Source: the human T2T-CHM13v2.0 reference genome, Homo sapiens. From it: 64,000 nucleotides of DNA. This document shows positions 13,297-29,141 of the stretch, one piece after another. The notes under the pieces are model-generated. The model did not search any database. It saw only the letters and a program-made list of their open reading frames with translations, and was not told where the DNA came from. The stretch lies in NCBI RefSeq assembly GCF_009914755.1, contig NC_060928.1. One strand, written 5' to 3'. The translations under genes were made by a program, and so were the position numbers. The number at the start of each line of letters is the position of its first letter. Position 1 is the stretch's first letter.

Positions 13297-13430
13297 CACA
13301 CACTCTCCTCGCACACATATGCTATATGGATCTTTGTAAGAACAGTGCGTTCCATCATGCACCAGTTGTTTCATGTAAGCAACATCTCCAGTCTCCTTGG
13401 ACTGACAGTAAAGGTGGCATCTTTTCTTGG
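13297..13430 (-). CDS. ADAMTS3: ADAMTS3 exon 14 (134 nt): Cys-rich domain
   Basis: (P)[44 protein letters not shown]; acceptor atgcAG; donor GTAAGT. Confidence 0.96.
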
Positions 13431-13613
13431 CTGCATAAGATGGAGGATAAAATTAACTATTTACATAAAATGGAATGTTTGAACAGCATAGTTTATTTTA
13501 TTTTTAAATATAAGGTTTCACTGTGATTTCCTGAAAACAAAAGGAATACCGTATAAACAAATAAAATAAGGAGTAAGGAGGAAAGTATGTACATTTGACA
13601 TTTTTTTTTTAGC

Positions 13614-13712
13614 TAAGGTGACCATAAAATTTGTCATCTAAACTAGAAAAGGGGTTCTAGTAATAACTGAGCAGGAACAACAGGTATAAACTGGGACTGC
13701 CCCAGGCAACCC
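13614..13712 (+). mobile_element. MER94-like hAT-Blackjack fragment
   Basis: aaggtgaccataaaatttgtcatctaaact...taaactgggactgccccaggcaacc resembles the recalled MER94 consensus. Confidence 0.55.
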
Positions 13713-14539
13713 TAGATTTCAACATAGCTCTTAAATAAATCTTAATTCAAAACCAGTTTAGTTTTCGTAATATTAGAGCACTGAAAGAATGTCTGTGATT
13801 TGACTCAATCATCTAACATAGTTTTTGCCTCTTACAGGATGCAACTCACTTCACCAAAATAGATAAAAACAATGCATTTCTTCTTAATGCATTGCAACTT
13901 TGAATTCTTAACGTGTATTCCTCTTTCCTTTAACATGGATTTGAACTGAACCCAGTGGTGCATGTAATCATATAACTATTTCCTTTCATTCACTCAAATA
14001 AGAAGTATGGCAAAAAGTTGCCATTGGACATATTTAACCAAAAATTCAGAAGTAAGAAGTGAAACATTAAAAGAAAATTTCCAAATATATCTTTAAACTA
14101 TAGTAAAAAAGTAAAAGGTTATAAGGTATCTTTTGTTATTAAATTATGATCTTTCTCTTGGTCCTGACTCAATTTTCAAAGAACTATATTTTTCTCTAGT
14201 TCAGAAAGGAAAGATCACAATATTCCAGAAGTATTTCCTAGTAGAGGGATTTCGGTTGAATCAGGAATTCCAACATCTCTCCCAGGCGTTCCTTTCCACT
14301 GGTCTTTTCACCGCTGATGGTGATAGTGCTGCTTGCCAGGAACTATTGCACCATTCTTACCTCTTTAGAGAAAGGGTATTTAAGCCTTATTCTTAGAAAC
14401 CCAGGAGAACTTACTCCTATAAGCACCAAGTTTCCTAAGTTACCACATAGGGATCAAGAGTCCATGGGGTTCGTGCTGGCAAAGCTTAAACTGTGAGTAA
14501 CCATCCACACAGCAGGAAGGAGAGCACGAGGCTACTCAC

Positions 14540-14715
14540 GGTCAGGATGTTCATATGGCAACCAGTGGTGTTTGGTATTCTGGTATTCAAAGTGGGAGTT
14601 TCGCTGCTGACACTGCTGTGCTCTGAAGTCCTCAAAGTGTTTTTGGCATTCTTCTGTGTTACAAAGCTGGTACTCAAAATTAACACCAGGACAATCCTGA
14701 CCACCATTGATGGGC
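14540..14715 (-). CDS. ADAMTS3: ADAMTS3 exon 13 (176 nt): end of TSR1, start of Cys-rich domain
   Basis: (M)PINGGQDCPGVNFEYQLCNTEECQKHFEDFRAQQCQQRNSHFEYQNTKHHWLPYEHPD(P), visible inside ORF 14532..14804(-); acceptor cttttctttAG; donor GTGAGT. Confidence 0.97.
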
Positions 14716-15054
14716 CTAAAGAAAAGACAACATTTAAAAAGGCCTTTTGGCTTCTGTCTAGCAGTTGAAGCTTGCAGACACAGTGCTTGAGGGCACAAAG
14801 CCAAAGTTTCTGGGCTGCCAGCACAAAGTGAATGAACTCATACTTCCTAATTTCAGTCCCTTTCCAAAGCACCCTTCTCTCCCTGCTGGGTGGAAAAATA
14901 AAACAAAACACAAAGCTCAACTTAAATCAGCTTTTCAAATCATATATTTTAAATGCATGGCAAAAGTGTGTAAGAAAAAAAAAGCATGTATATTGAATCA
15001 ATAAAATGATATTTTGCTACCATGTATAAAACACACAGATGCAGCTCAAAGAAA

Positions 15055-15200
15055 CTTTGGTCATCGCTCCATGGCTCGGTTCCCTCATATGTAAAATGCA
15101 AATAATAATGTATCTTCCTTTGAGGAAAACTGTGAAGATTAAATGAGTTGACATTATTTAAAGCACTCCTAACAACTCTGGCTCATAATGAACTTTAGCT
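15055..15200 (+). mobile_element. MIR
   Basis: MIR core ctcggttccctcatatgtaaaatg...gtgaagattaaatgag. Confidence 0.7.
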
Positions 15201-15925
15201 GATCTTTTAATTTTTATTGTCTTTGTTACTTCTAATACCACCATCATCTCTTACTGGGAAGGCAGGTATGTGGCATCAGATAGTCTTACAAAAGACGTGC
15301 TCAGAGACATCCTGCTGCCAGAAACAGAGAGAAAAAGCTGCTCACATATTAAACCCTAGACAAGGCAGAATCCTCTAAATGTGAGAATTCAGTTGTTTTT
15401 TTCTTCGTAAAGATTGCTGAGCACACAATAGGGAATTCAGTAATTGTAGTCTGAGTGAATGAATAGATAACTTTCCCCCAACAGTCACCTGGCCTTCTAT
15501 CACAATCTTTCTTTTGCCTTCCTCTGAAGCAATCACATTCCACTCCCTGAAGAGAGAGAGTCTGTATGCTTGGTACCGCTCTTTCCTGGACACTCTCTTG
15601 TTTCTGGCAGTCAATCTCGCAGTGCCCATGCCCACGCCCTTAGGGCACAGTGACCTACTTTCCTTGTTCAGCTTCTTAATATTCCTGAACAGCAACTTCT
15701 TTAAAAATATTCAATCTTCGTTTGATCTTCTTCATCACTGACTGCTTGTCACAAGATTAATAAATGGAGATGTATCAAAAACACAGACTGGTTTATGAAC
15801 TGTGAACAATTTATTTTCCTGCCCTGTGTTTTACATGCACTTTATAAAACAGAATACTAATAACATAATATTGAAGTATTTTCTGGTCTCTCCAAAAATA
15901 ACAAGAGTTACAAGGATATACTCAC

Positions 15926-16071
15926 ATGGGATTATTGCACTGGCGTGTTCTGAAACGAACACCAGTTCCACATGTCCGAGAACAGGAGCCAAATTTAGTC
16001 CATGACCCCCAATTGCCATCTTGTTTTTGCTGATTAGCATTCTTCCACATGCAATGACCCTTATAGCACCA
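15926..16071 (-). CDS. ADAMTS3: ADAMTS3 exon 12 (146 nt): end of disintegrin-like domain and TSR1
   Basis: [48 protein letters not shown](M), with TSR motifs WxxW and CSRTCG; acceptor tttttctaAG; donor GTGAGT. Confidence 0.97.
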
Positions 16072-17468
16072 CTTAGAAAAATGACAAAAGGTAATTATTA
16101 AAATCACGCATACACTAAAGCTGAAGTTGTTATACAAGAACCATCTAGTTGAAGGGCTTTCTTACTGCTCTTTTTTCTTCCAGGTGGAGATGCATTTAAA
16201 ATTATCCAAAAGCAATTATGTCATTAATATACCCTATTAAAGGGTAATTTAGACTTGTATTTTTCAAGTAGAAAATTAAAATGGAAAAACAACATTCACT
16301 CAGACAAGTTTTTAAATGATACATTCACCAGTAAGCATCAAACACTATAATCAATAAGAACTCTTTGAGCACCCAGCTTGCACAGTTGGTAAGATTTTAC
16401 CCTTCATCTGTCACTACCTATATCATACCAGAATATTTTGAGGGCTACATGATCTTTTTAAAAATGATAAAATAAACTATGTCTTGGTTTAGATAATAAT
16501 ATAACATGTCTAAAACATATGCAGCTTTCAAAGCACTTTTATTTAACTTTTAAAATGTTTCATTAACAATGATTCTGAGAGATAGATGGGTCATACATAT
16601 ATCATCAACAATTAGATGAGGAAAATTGAGGCCCAGAAAGGTTCATAAGTAGTTGAAGGCCATCTGACCAAGAAGTAATTAAGTGGGGCTACCAGAACCC
16701 TAATACTATAGAGGCACCTAGCTTACAGTGCCTGGCATGGTGCTCAAGAGACATTAGCCATTTTCCTCTCTAACATTTTGACTTACTTTTTCACACTACG
16801 TACAATAAAAGCATTTGTTAAAACTCAACTTCTATAAATTTCAATATAACACCAATATATTTAAGAAAGTTGAATGTTAAAAAGTTAATTATATAATTTT
16901 TTATAAAGCAAAAATGAATTAACTCGTTATACTCTTGTTTTTAGTCAGAAGTTTATGATATTGAATTTTCCCAAAGCAAAACATTGTATACAAGGTGCTT
17001 TGCATAGTGCCTAATATAATGCAAACACTTAAAAAGACAGGTTTTATTATTATTATGCATATAATCCCTGTCACAAGTACAGTTTATACACATTTGAAAT
17101 TGAGCTTTAAAAGAAGTAAATGCCATATAAATCTTCTGTACCAGGTTTTGGTCCTGCCTACAATTTCTTATTTCTAAACTAGTCAAAGCTTTTCAACTTG
17201 AGTTCTTAACATGCCTTTGTTTTGGGATCTTTGCCCTTATGAGTAGCATAGCTTGGCACTCAGCCAATTTCTGAGCATTCAATCCTGACTACACAATTTG
17301 AGATTTAAAACCTCTGGGCATCCTTCCCTAAGGAACAAGGCCAAATCTTCTGTATAAGTTCACATGACTTTATTTCTGGGCAACTTTCACAAGGAATGGC
17401 ATGCCAGCAAGTCAATCAGATCCCACTACCAGGGGGCAGATAGTCTGCTGAGTTGCTTCTTCCTATTC

Positions 17469-17957
17469 TGCCAACAGTGGGCTGAATGGTAGTCCCAAAG
17501 ATATCAAGTCTTAATCCCCGGAACCTGTAAATGTTACCTTATTTGGAAAAAGGGTCTTTGCAAATGTGATTAACTTAAATATTTTAAAATGGAGAGATTA
17601 TCCCAGATTATCCATGGGGTCCTAAATGCTGTTACATGTATCCTTATAAGAGAGGGGTAGAAGGAGATTTGACCCATAAAGATGAGGAAAACGCAATGTG
17701 GCCACAGAAGCAGAAACTGGAGTGGTGCAGCCACAAATCAAGAAATGTGGGGTGGCCACCAGATGCTGGGAGAAGCAAAGAAAAGATTCTCCACTACAGC
17801 CTTTGGAGGGAGAATGGCCCTGCCCACACACTGATTTCAGTTCATTGAAATTGATTTTTGACTTCTGGCCTCTAGAACTGTGAGGGAATAAATATCCATT
17901 GTTTCAAGCCAACAAGTTTGTGAAAATTTGTTACCTTAGCCACAGGGAACTAGTACA
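17469..17957 (+). mobile_element. MLT1C-like MaLR solo LTR
   Basis: gggctgaatggt...ggaacctgtaaatgttaccttatttggaaaaagggtctttgc...ctagaactgtgagggaataaa...gaactagtaca. Confidence 0.85.
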
Positions 17958-18076
17958 CTATTTTAGTACATTACTTTAATAAAGCCTTGCATACTATGGT
18001 TTTCATAAAAATGACAGTGCAGCTGTGTTTACCATTTTCCAGACCTTTAAAGATGATAATTATGCAACATATCTTA

Positions 18077-18235
<159 letters not shown>

Positions 18236-18531
18236 TCAAATTGTCAGTGAACTCTCAGCTAGCATGACATGCACCAAAAATATATTCTATACAGTTTCTT
18301 CTGTCCTGTTTCTTGGATGTGTTTATTTCAAGTTAATAGCCAATGTTTTGACATGTTGAAAAAAAACTGCATAAGAATTTCAGGTAGAAAATACTTTTAT
18401 TCTGCTTTTCTAAAATAACAATGATAAACAATGATTTGTCTGAGATTATCTGGTTGACTTTTAAGGTTTTTGCTTGCTGTTTTTATGCTTTGTTTTTCAA
18501 ATAGACAATGTTGAAATTTTCTAAAGACTTA

Positions 18532-18972
<441 letters not shown>

Positions 18973-19997
18973 AATACTTATAATTAATTGACTAAAAGCA
19001 GAAAAAAATTGTCAAACTTTCTGTGTAAGATAAAGTATTCTAGGTACAACAAAATATCATAATACATTCATATAGTTTATGAAATATTTTCCATATATTT
19101 GATTCTCATACCAATCCATTGCTGAGAAATATGGGTTACAAGTTAGGGCTATAGTTATGGTTATAAGTAAGACAGCAACAGCACAAGACTAGAGTCTTGG
19201 TTTTCATACTCTTCAGAATGGTTTTTATTTTCTGAACACACCACATTATAATATCCAAATGTTTGTATAAGCAAACATGTGTATTTGTGTGTTCTCTTTG
19301 CTTGTTTGCTCTTTTTCTCTCTAAATGTAAACATCTTACCAATCATTATATTTTTAAAAATATCAAACAACAGCTAATCCACATATCTATTGCCTATACT
19401 GCTAATTACCTACATACACCCTTATGTGCATAGAAATTTTTTTATTAGTACACATTTTTAGATGTGGGTTTTTTGTTCTAATCCTTATTATCGAATGTGG
19501 AAATTCCACTTTTCCATGACATTAAGCCAAAGCTTTAGAATTCTCTGATTTAAAACATTAATGCAAGTAATTAGGAGCTCACAGTGTATACCTTATAGAC
19601 AGACCAAATGGTTGTATATGGAAGGTTTCAAACAGCAGATCAATTTCTTTCTAGCCCCATGAAACACTTACGTTCCTTGCTCTAACACCCAAAGCTTGCT
19701 CCAACATAGAAAAAGGCCTTCTTTTTTTTTTTTTTTTAATGAATTACTAAAGACCAATGTGGAAATTTAATGAAATATACATCTAATGTGAATAGTTACA
19801 GGCAAGACTGGCTTTAATGGATTCCATTTAACATATATACGTGCCTTTCTTGTGCTAAGCACTTTAATTATATTATCAAATTTAATCCTCACACCAATCT
19901 TATCAGATACATACTATCATTATCCACATATTACACATGAGAAAGTAGTCCAGAGAGATTAAATACGGTGCCCAAGTTTATATATTTAAAAAGCATC

Positions 19998-20357
<360 letters not shown>

Positions 20358-20489
20358 TTACTAGACTATACCAGCACAATCCTTCCCTATGGTCACACAT
20401 ACATGGAATCCTGCCATCAAGCTAAAGAAAAGCAATAAATCTAAGGCTTAACAGTCATCTTCTCTGAAGGTCACAAAAAGCAGGGGATG

Positions 20490-20720
20490 CAAAGAACATG
20501 AAGATTTGAGCCTGGCAGCCTTGGTTTCAAAGTCCAGTTCCCCTGTTTACCAGCTGTGTGCCTTAAGCAAGTTGCTTAATCTCTAAGTCTTGGCTTTATC
20601 TTCTGTAAAATAAAAGTACATCAGCTCTCTGCTAGTCTGTCATGAGAATTAATTAAGACAATATATTTAAAGCATTTAGCTGTAGCACACAGCAACACAA
20701 TGAACACAAAATAACTGCTA
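20490..20720 (+). mobile_element. MIR
   Basis: ggtttcaaagtccagttcccctgtttaccagctgtgtgccttaagcaagttgcttaatctct...ttctgtaaaat. Confidence 0.75.
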
Positions 20721-20823
20721 GATATTATTATACTTGCACCAGTGAGTCTGTAAATCTCACCAAGCAGGAGCTACACAAATAGATTTCGAGCTGCAAAATC
20801 TACATCAACTGTGAGCAACATAC

Positions 20824-20956
20824 CGCGGTGCACATTTTATAGCCAACACCAAAATCAAAACGACATTGCTCATCCATAGAATAATTGATTCCAGGAAGTT
20901 CTGGGAGTTTAGGCCAATCATGATCAAAAGGGTCATCAAGGAGACAGTCATAGGAA
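20824..20956 (-). CDS. ADAMTS3: ADAMTS3 exon 10 (133 nt): end of catalytic domain, start of disintegrin-like domain
   Basis: (H)[44 protein letters not shown]; acceptor ttcttcctacAG; donor GTATGT; phase 2 in, 0 out. Confidence 0.96.
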
Positions 20957-21583
20957 CTGTAGGAAGAAAAATATTGCATGTAGTTAAATGTTCACTTAAA
21001 AAAATCATGTCCTGATTTAAAAAAAAGTAGTCTTAGCTTATATACTTTAGAATTTCATCCCAGATCATACAGCAAATTTGCAAAAACATGTATTTAAGGT
21101 TTTGGTTTTGGTTCCATTTAGAAAAAGACTCTTTACCTGTATTCATGCCAGGAAAGTAAACCAAGCATGACTTAGGAATGTAGTAGAGCCACGATTATTT
21201 GAGTCACTAATTAAACCACCACATGGTGTGGTAGGGCACATCCTGACACCTATACTGTAGAGCACAGCTCGTATCATATGCAGAAACCACATGACCATCC
21301 TCCCCCCATCCTCAAGTTTGACCATTAATCAAAGATTCGATAACAATTTACTAAAGGAAAATTACATTACAGTTAAAAGTTTACTTATATTCTAGACTTA
21401 TGGCTTCAAGTATTGTGACTCCATGATAAAATTTTTGTGCTGAATGTTCTAAGTCATAAGAAAATGTTTATCAGTAATAGTTTTCATTTACTGGGAATTT
21501 TGCTATGATCAAGTCCTAAGAGTCAGTTTCATGTCTGTAGGCTATAAAATAAATACTTTCATGACATGCAGCAGGGGACATAC

Positions 21584-21727
21584 TGGATATATCTTTTCAG
21601 TTCTTGACCACTGCATCGGGACCAGTGGTAACGATGGAATGCTGCTTGTACCAAGGGAGCCATGACACTTCCCATAGCAGTCTCATCACCACACCTGTTG
21701 CCTTGTCCATCATGCTCCATTCCCAAC
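21584..21727 (-). CDS. ADAMTS3: ADAMTS3 exon 9 (144 nt): third zinc ligand and Met-turn
   Basis: (V)[47 protein letters not shown](H); acceptor gtgttctAG; donor GTATGT; phase 2-2. Confidence 0.97.
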
Positions 21728-22108
21728 CTAGAACACAAAGAGACCTCAGTGGTAAGAATCAGGGGCTACTGCCTTCACTTAATTTTGGTTTTGAAAATAA
21801 GCCCTGGGAAATAACGTATTTTTGAGTCAACGTGGCTTTCTTGAAGAAGTCACAGAAACGGAAATTGACAGCAATCTGACAGAAATGCCTTTCTTATTCT
21901 ATAGCTCTGAAAACCACAGGAGTGCCTCTGCAAGCCAGTCACTCATTTAGTTTCCGTGCATGACCTCTTCTCTGTTTGCAGCTCTTCACACTTGGCAAAA
22001 GACAAGAATTGTATGCTGGCATGCATTCTGCCCAAAGAGGAAACAATACTGGGAGAAGCAGGAAAGAAAAGATCTTTTTTTGGCTTTATAGCTGTCAGCA
22101 GTGACTTA

Positions 22109-22231
<123 letters not shown>

Positions 22232-22965
22232 TTACTTTTATTTTCATTTTATGAGAAAACCCATTAAGAATTACAACTGGACTTTTGCCTAGGGGGAAAA
22301 AAGTAAAAGCCTTTCAGGAAACAGGGGTAGCATTATTTCCCTACTAGCATTGTGTCACATTCTCTTGGGAAAGCCACAGGTAATGTTCTCTAAAAAGGTT
22401 CACTGGGTCTGCATTTTCTCCTTTCCTAAGGGAAGGAATGGCCTGGGGTTACCATTTTCTTCTGCCCACCAGCTAAGCCCTGCCTTTCTGTTTTAGTAAA
22501 TGGTCCTTCATATCGTGGTACTGATGAAGGAAGCCAGAAATTCCATCAATGTTAAAAAGAAAATCATCAGTCTCCTTCTTCCAAAGTCCACATCAGAATT
22601 TATTAGATAAATGTAAGCTGACTTTGGAAGAAAGCTCTTTGGCAGCAGTCATTTCTCATGGCATCTCTTTTCTCATTCCAAACAGTTAGTGGAAATCACA
22701 CTGCATTTTACAGCACCCCCTCCATGCCCCAAATGCACAATCACTATTTTAAAAGCAAGTATAATTTACGATGGTATTTAAGTGGCATTTAACATTGAGA
22801 ACTCCACATAAGTCACTGTAAGCAAAAGAAAGAAAATGTATGCTTGGCCGGTGTGTGGTGGAAAGCAGTGGTGGAGAGCAGAACATTTGAACAGACTGCC
22901 TGATTTAGGATTACTTTTTAAAAGTCATGCCCTCAAGTATTTCTTCTACATATTGACAGCAATAC

Positions 22966-23122
22966 CTTGCATTCCAGCAGGTCCAAAGTCTTGCCTGGTT
23001 AAAAAAATTGCATGGTCATGGTGTTCAGAGTGGTTGAGATCAGATCTTTGCTGTTGGGACGCCCAGCGACACACATTCTCCAAGCTTCTGGATGGGTTTC
23101 CCCTTTCTATGAGGCTGATGGA
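22966..23122 (-). CDS. ADAMTS3: ADAMTS3 exon 7 (157 nt): catalytic domain
   Basis: [52 protein letters not shown](G); acceptor ttttcacttAG; donor GTATTG; phase 0 in, 1 out. Confidence 0.96.
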
Positions 23123-23273
23123 CTAAGTGAAAACAATATGTTAAAGACACACCTGACAATTTCCCAAAGGCTTCGTTTGATAATTTCCTCTGAAGCTGAA
23201 TTTGGGATTAAAGTATTTAAACAATGATTCAATAATATTTGGGGCTTATTCTGATATTTGCTTTGATTTGTGA

Positions 23274-23741
<468 letters not shown>

Positions 23742-25265
23742 TAACATTAATCATTTAGGTAATAATTTTAGTAGTCTAAATAATTTCTGATTTGGCTTAG
23801 ATTTCAGTTTCATAGAATTAAGAACAAAAACATTGAGAAAGATTCTGGCATGTTTTTCCAGAGATGTGAAGGTATAAAATCTTAGTTAAGATTTTTGTTT
23901 ATTTTTTACGATCCAGAATTAATCAACATGTGGGGAGAATATGAATTCTTCCATGAGTTGACAAGGCTGATGAAATCTTAGTCTATGGAGAACCATCAAA
24001 TTATATTAACTTTACACTAAAAAACAAAAACAAAAACTCCCATTTTTTTTTTAACTTCATGCTACTGAAGAGGGGTGGACTCTTCCAGTTCTGATATAAG
24101 AAAATAAGTTCTTTGAATGTTGCTACCATCACATTAGGGTCAGGAGTTAAAAGTTCAGGGGGGAAAAGGGCCCAACCTTCAAGAACTCACTAGCCACACT
24201 TCTCAGAGTAGTTCTGATGAAATGAAAATTTGAACTTGGAACCAAAAATTAGTCCCTATTTGACTGACAGGCGAATTTTGTTATAGTTCAGCAAATGTTA
24301 TTACCAGTGTTTACATTCTTAATAAAATCAGTTTCCTTTTTTAATATACGGATCACATACTTTTCCAAACAAATGCTTTAACAACCAATTGGAGGCTGTT
24401 ATTTCCAGCTGGAGTTAATTCATATTCCTTGTTGGCAATATAAAATAGATTGATGACACTCTATCATTATAAAATGATAAGTGGATGTTAACTGTATAAT
24501 GAAATGCAAACACATGGATTTTTCCTATTTCCTAAATGTACAACTTCGTTAATATTTCATAATCAGGAGGATTAACTATGGGAGAGAGATGTGTAATTTT
24601 AAACATCAAGAAAGTTGTCAGGCTAGTCGTTTCCTGTATGTTTCCTCCTTAAAGGAGCTAAACTCAATTATATTACATGAAATGCCTACTATGTGCATTT
24701 TTATCCAACTCTTTGCTTTTGAAAAAATTAAAGCTCTTTTAAATGAAAAATATTCACTCTGCACCTTCCTCTTAAGTGGAAAGATATATGTATATAAAAT
24801 ATTGTTTTTAGCGAATCAAGAGAAGACAAAGATCTTTGTCTTTTTTCTTCATTATATATTCCAAGCACCTAGAAAATGTCTGGCACTTAGTAGGCATTCA
24901 ATATAATCCCTTCTAATGAATAAATGAAACACACACTCGATGATAACAATAGGCTAAGGAAATTCTCTCTCCTCATAATAGTATCCATTCATTTCCATTC
25001 ATAAGTCACACCTAAAGTCAGGGTAATTATCTACCTCTTTAGACAGAAATAAATAAGCAAGTGGCAGCTGCACAAAAATCATTCATAATCTGCTCAAATT
25101 TGGAAGTCTCCACTCATGTGGCAGTTTCTTCTCCTCAATTTCAAGCAACTAGGGGTTTATATGGAATATATCTATGCCTTAAGTTAGATGTAGCTTGAAC
25201 AATTTAGTCTTCTATTTGCTAACCCAGTCCCTAATGTTTATAATTCATGTTTTAAGACATTTTAC

Positions 25266-25349
25266 CTTTGCATATCCCAGCATTATCATGCGCACCAGGA
25301 CCACATTTATATGCACTCCGAGGGACTCATCATGGTAAATTTCATTCAC
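25266..25349 (-). CDS. ADAMTS3: ADAMTS3 exon 6 (84 nt): catalytic domain
   Basis: [28 protein letters not shown]; acceptor tttttttgttgctAG; donor GTAAAA; phase 0-0. Confidence 0.96.
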
Positions 25350-28300
25350 CTAGCAACAAAAAAAGATAATTGCTAAAAGAAAGGAAACACCGAGGATTTC
25401 ATGAGATGTACATATAAGCTGTGTAATCACCACAAATAGGTGAGTAAATTGCTGTTTTTAAATTGAGTTTAATAGCTGAACTCTGAAAGGTAGTCATTTA
25501 CTTTTAGCTTTGGTACAATGTGTGGATATGTAAATTGCTAATTTTGTAAACTCCACAGTAATATGAACGTACAGGACATGCTCAAAAGGGCTTTGTTATA
25601 CTAGTGCAGTGTTAGAAGGAGTCTATGTGTGATGTAATCCAAATATAACATTAGCCAAAAGCAACCACAGGAGGGTAACTTTGGCAAATCATCTGCTAGC
25701 CTGTGAGTTGCCTGCAACCACAGTAAAGGAAAACAGCAAGCATTTGCTTACTGGGGTGCCTGTGTGACAACCAGGGGTGCTACGTCTGGTTGAGAGAGCC
25801 AATGGCTATGGGGTCTGTGTGCAGGAGCTGTGGTAGTGTATCTGAGGGCCAGCTAGCAGGTGGGGCAGGTGAGGCAATGACTGCTTGAAAGTCCTACAAG
25901 ATAGAAATCCTCCAATATTTAAGTTACTAAGGAGACTGTACGAGTACCTGTCAGATGAATGTCAGCCCTGGATGCAACTCAGAAGAGCAAATTTGAGTCA
26001 CTGCTTTTTATTTAATTTTAAAAAATTAGGCTGAAATTTCTAAAAGTGACTTGGTATACTTTAAAATCATAGATGTTGGAATAAGTGCAACCTCAGAGGT
26101 CATAGTCCAATTCTGTTTTATACAGATGAAGAAAATAAAGCCTGTAGAAATTATCTGACATGCAAAACACAGAGTGAGCTACTGGCAGATATGAATCTGA
26201 AGTGGACTGTAACTGTATCTTCTCATTAACCTAGTGCAAAATTAGTGCAAATAAAAAATGCTAGCAGGAAGGAGAAAGGTGGAGTTACCAGGCTAGAATG
26301 CAAAGTTCTTAGAATGAAGACTCGACACTTGTTAAAAAGACTAAAAGAGGGATGAAAAACTAACTGCAACTCAGCTTCAGATCCAGGAGATTTGAACAGT
26401 AGACACAGCAACCTGAAAGCTGCACAGAAAAGACAGGCATAATCTCATAGCGAGTGGCTTTAAAAATAAATATAACTCAAGAATGATTGAAGAATGCTCT
26501 AAAACAAGAAATTCACAAATCATAGTATTTTGATTTGCCACACTAACCAAGAAAAAGACCAAGAAGTCTCAATTGAATTGTTTCAAGAATCCAACGTGAC
26601 TGCACAGAACACCTTTAAAAAAATCAGGGTCTTGAATGTAGACTGAAAGCATACTTACTGAATTTGTAGAAGTCACAAACAAGAAAAGAACAGCAAAGGT
26701 GGAAGTAAAAAATCTGGCTAAGCTAGAATATACTAGAGATAACAAAGTATAACTTGAAAAGATGTGAAGTCCTTTTAAGTGGAAAAATGCATGTATACAC
26801 ACATACATTTATACATATATACACATGCACATGCACACACACACGTACTCACATACATAGAATGGTAAGACCCAATTTAATACCTGTACGAGATAAGCCA
26901 AGCTGTGAAAAAAAATCTGCAATACAATCTTGGATTGCATAAGTGTGCAGGCAGATAGCTCATGCACAAGTTGTCCCACTCTAGGCTACAGAAAACCTGA
27001 AGTATTGAGTGCATTTTTCTGGGCTGTCTTATGACAGAGGTGCTTGACAAAACATGAATATATCCTGAGAAGAGCTAACAGCAAGGAGGCCAGAAAATGT
27101 GTCTTATAAAGAAGGGTTGGGGATACATAATGGTTAAAAGCCTGAATGTCACACATTAATAGTCTCAGATAAATCCTGGTTCAACCCCTCACTGCTTGTG
27201 AGACCTTTATTTTTCTGAGTCTCAATAAAATGGACATAATAAAAATAATATCTCATAGGGTTAGGGTGAGAATTAAGAGAGTTAACTCATGCAAACAAAT
27301 CGCTAAAAAATTTTATAAGTGAGAGGGAGGAAAGGGTTTTTTAAGGATATTAGAGTATGAGAAATGGAAAAGAAAAACAAGAATTAATAGCCTTCATATG
27401 GAAAAGGGGTTTGATTCATTGTATATATCTATAGAAAATAAAACTTAAAACCATTCACATTATTAAAGGGGTAAATTTCAGCTCAATATAAAGAAAAAGT
27501 CAATGTTAGACAAAAAGCTGTTGTTTCTTATGGGCTTTTTAGTCATGGGCTGATTCTCTTATCTTATGCCACACTTCATGCTGCCTAGTTGAAAAGTGAA
27601 TCAAATCTTCCACCCTCCTGTTCTGGATTCATTATCTGATAACATATTCCTAACTTTATAGTTGCAATAAAAGTTAAAAGTCAACAACCAGGCCTGTCAC
27701 CAACACATTCATTCAGAGACTCATGTCTATCCCAAGAGGCTTCTTGTAAGGCAGCTGTTTCAAATTAGAAACATGGCTTTGCACACCAAGTTATAACATG
27801 TATTTAGTTCAATGAAGTTGAGATGTAAAATGCACTTTGTGTTAAAATAAGGTTGAAAGCAATGTTAGTAAATAAAACTAGATAACAATAAAACAAAACT
27901 AAAGAAACGGAAACAGAAAAAGTGAATTAATTTCTGGAGAAGGAGAAGTAAGGAAGAGTAGGAGGCACTTACAGCCAATGCATATAACAGTGACAGCTAT
28001 ACTGTAACATATGTAATACATCAATGCTATAGGAAGCTCCTACAACAGAAAGTCTTAGAATAATAAAATGAAGGAAAGATGGGAATAATGACAAATAGCT
28101 TGTGATATTTGAGTTAGTATAAAATGCACATATAATCATCCTAAATTAGTAAATTCATTTGTACTTAGTGAATTATAAAATTAACACAGTGTCAAGAAAG
28201 TACAATGGACAAAATTATTAATCTCAATAGCAAATAGGATATTATAAAATGAATAAAAGAGCATTTTTAAAATTCAGATTTACCATTCACCAAAATAAAA

Positions 28301-29141
28301 GTATTACTTAACAAAAGTCACTATTATGCCAGGCTAATTAGAAAACAGGGTGACCCAGTAGAAACCAAAATCAGTTTAAGAATGTTCTGAGTCAGCACAC
28401 ATTTTGAGATTCACAAAGTATACATAAATTATTATAGGTAGAAATAATCTAATACAAGGGAATAATATTTTTGCATAGCACAAAGTATTATTTCAATGTG
28501 GCAAATAACCAGCTGTCTGTACTGTACAAAGCACTGTATCTTATTATTTTGATTTTCAAGGCTTAAAAAAGTTCCTCCATATTATTCACTTCCAAAATAT
28601 ACTTAATAATTTGACTGCTTTTCATCTTGCCAGGCCCTATCAATTCCTGAGATGTAGTGTTTTTATATTGTGAAACACATGGAGTATGATAAGAGCTGGA
28701 GAAATAATATGGCACCATATTATTAGATATTCAAAACCCTGGGTTCTGTTCCCAGTTTGGCCACGGATAAACTGAGTGACCTTCGGTTGGTCATTTAACC
28801 TGAGTCTCGATTTTCTTGTTGACAAACTCTACTTTTACTTGCTTTGTCTGTTTCACAGTGTTGTTGCTCAAAACAAGCAAGATCATACAACTATACTCGG
28901 CAAAATACAAAGTACTTGAGCTCCTATCCCCCATCCATGCACAAAGTTTAAAAAAAAAATTGTGAGTGTATTTTCATAATCTACCTGAAAAGTTCAAGAA
29001 AAACAATTGCCTTAATCACAGTTTTTACTGAAAGGGACCTCAAGATTCTTCTATTTGAAATTTGTTAAATCTCAATCTCAATGAAACATCTAGTTTAAAT
29101 TATCAATAAAATTACTGGGAAAAATCATTTAAAAGCTATTT

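Noticed and set aside
14133-14396. GC-richer stretch and 87-aa + ORF in intron 13, with an AG|GTAAG on the minus strand near 14360
   Set aside because: No recognisable protein similarity; all three minus-strand frames downstream of the motif stop quickly, and the intron is too short for recursive splicing.
14486-14920. Longest ORFs (144 aa minus, 91 aa plus) overlapping exon 13
   Set aside because: Shadow frames of the real ADAMTS3 exon with no independent coding signal.
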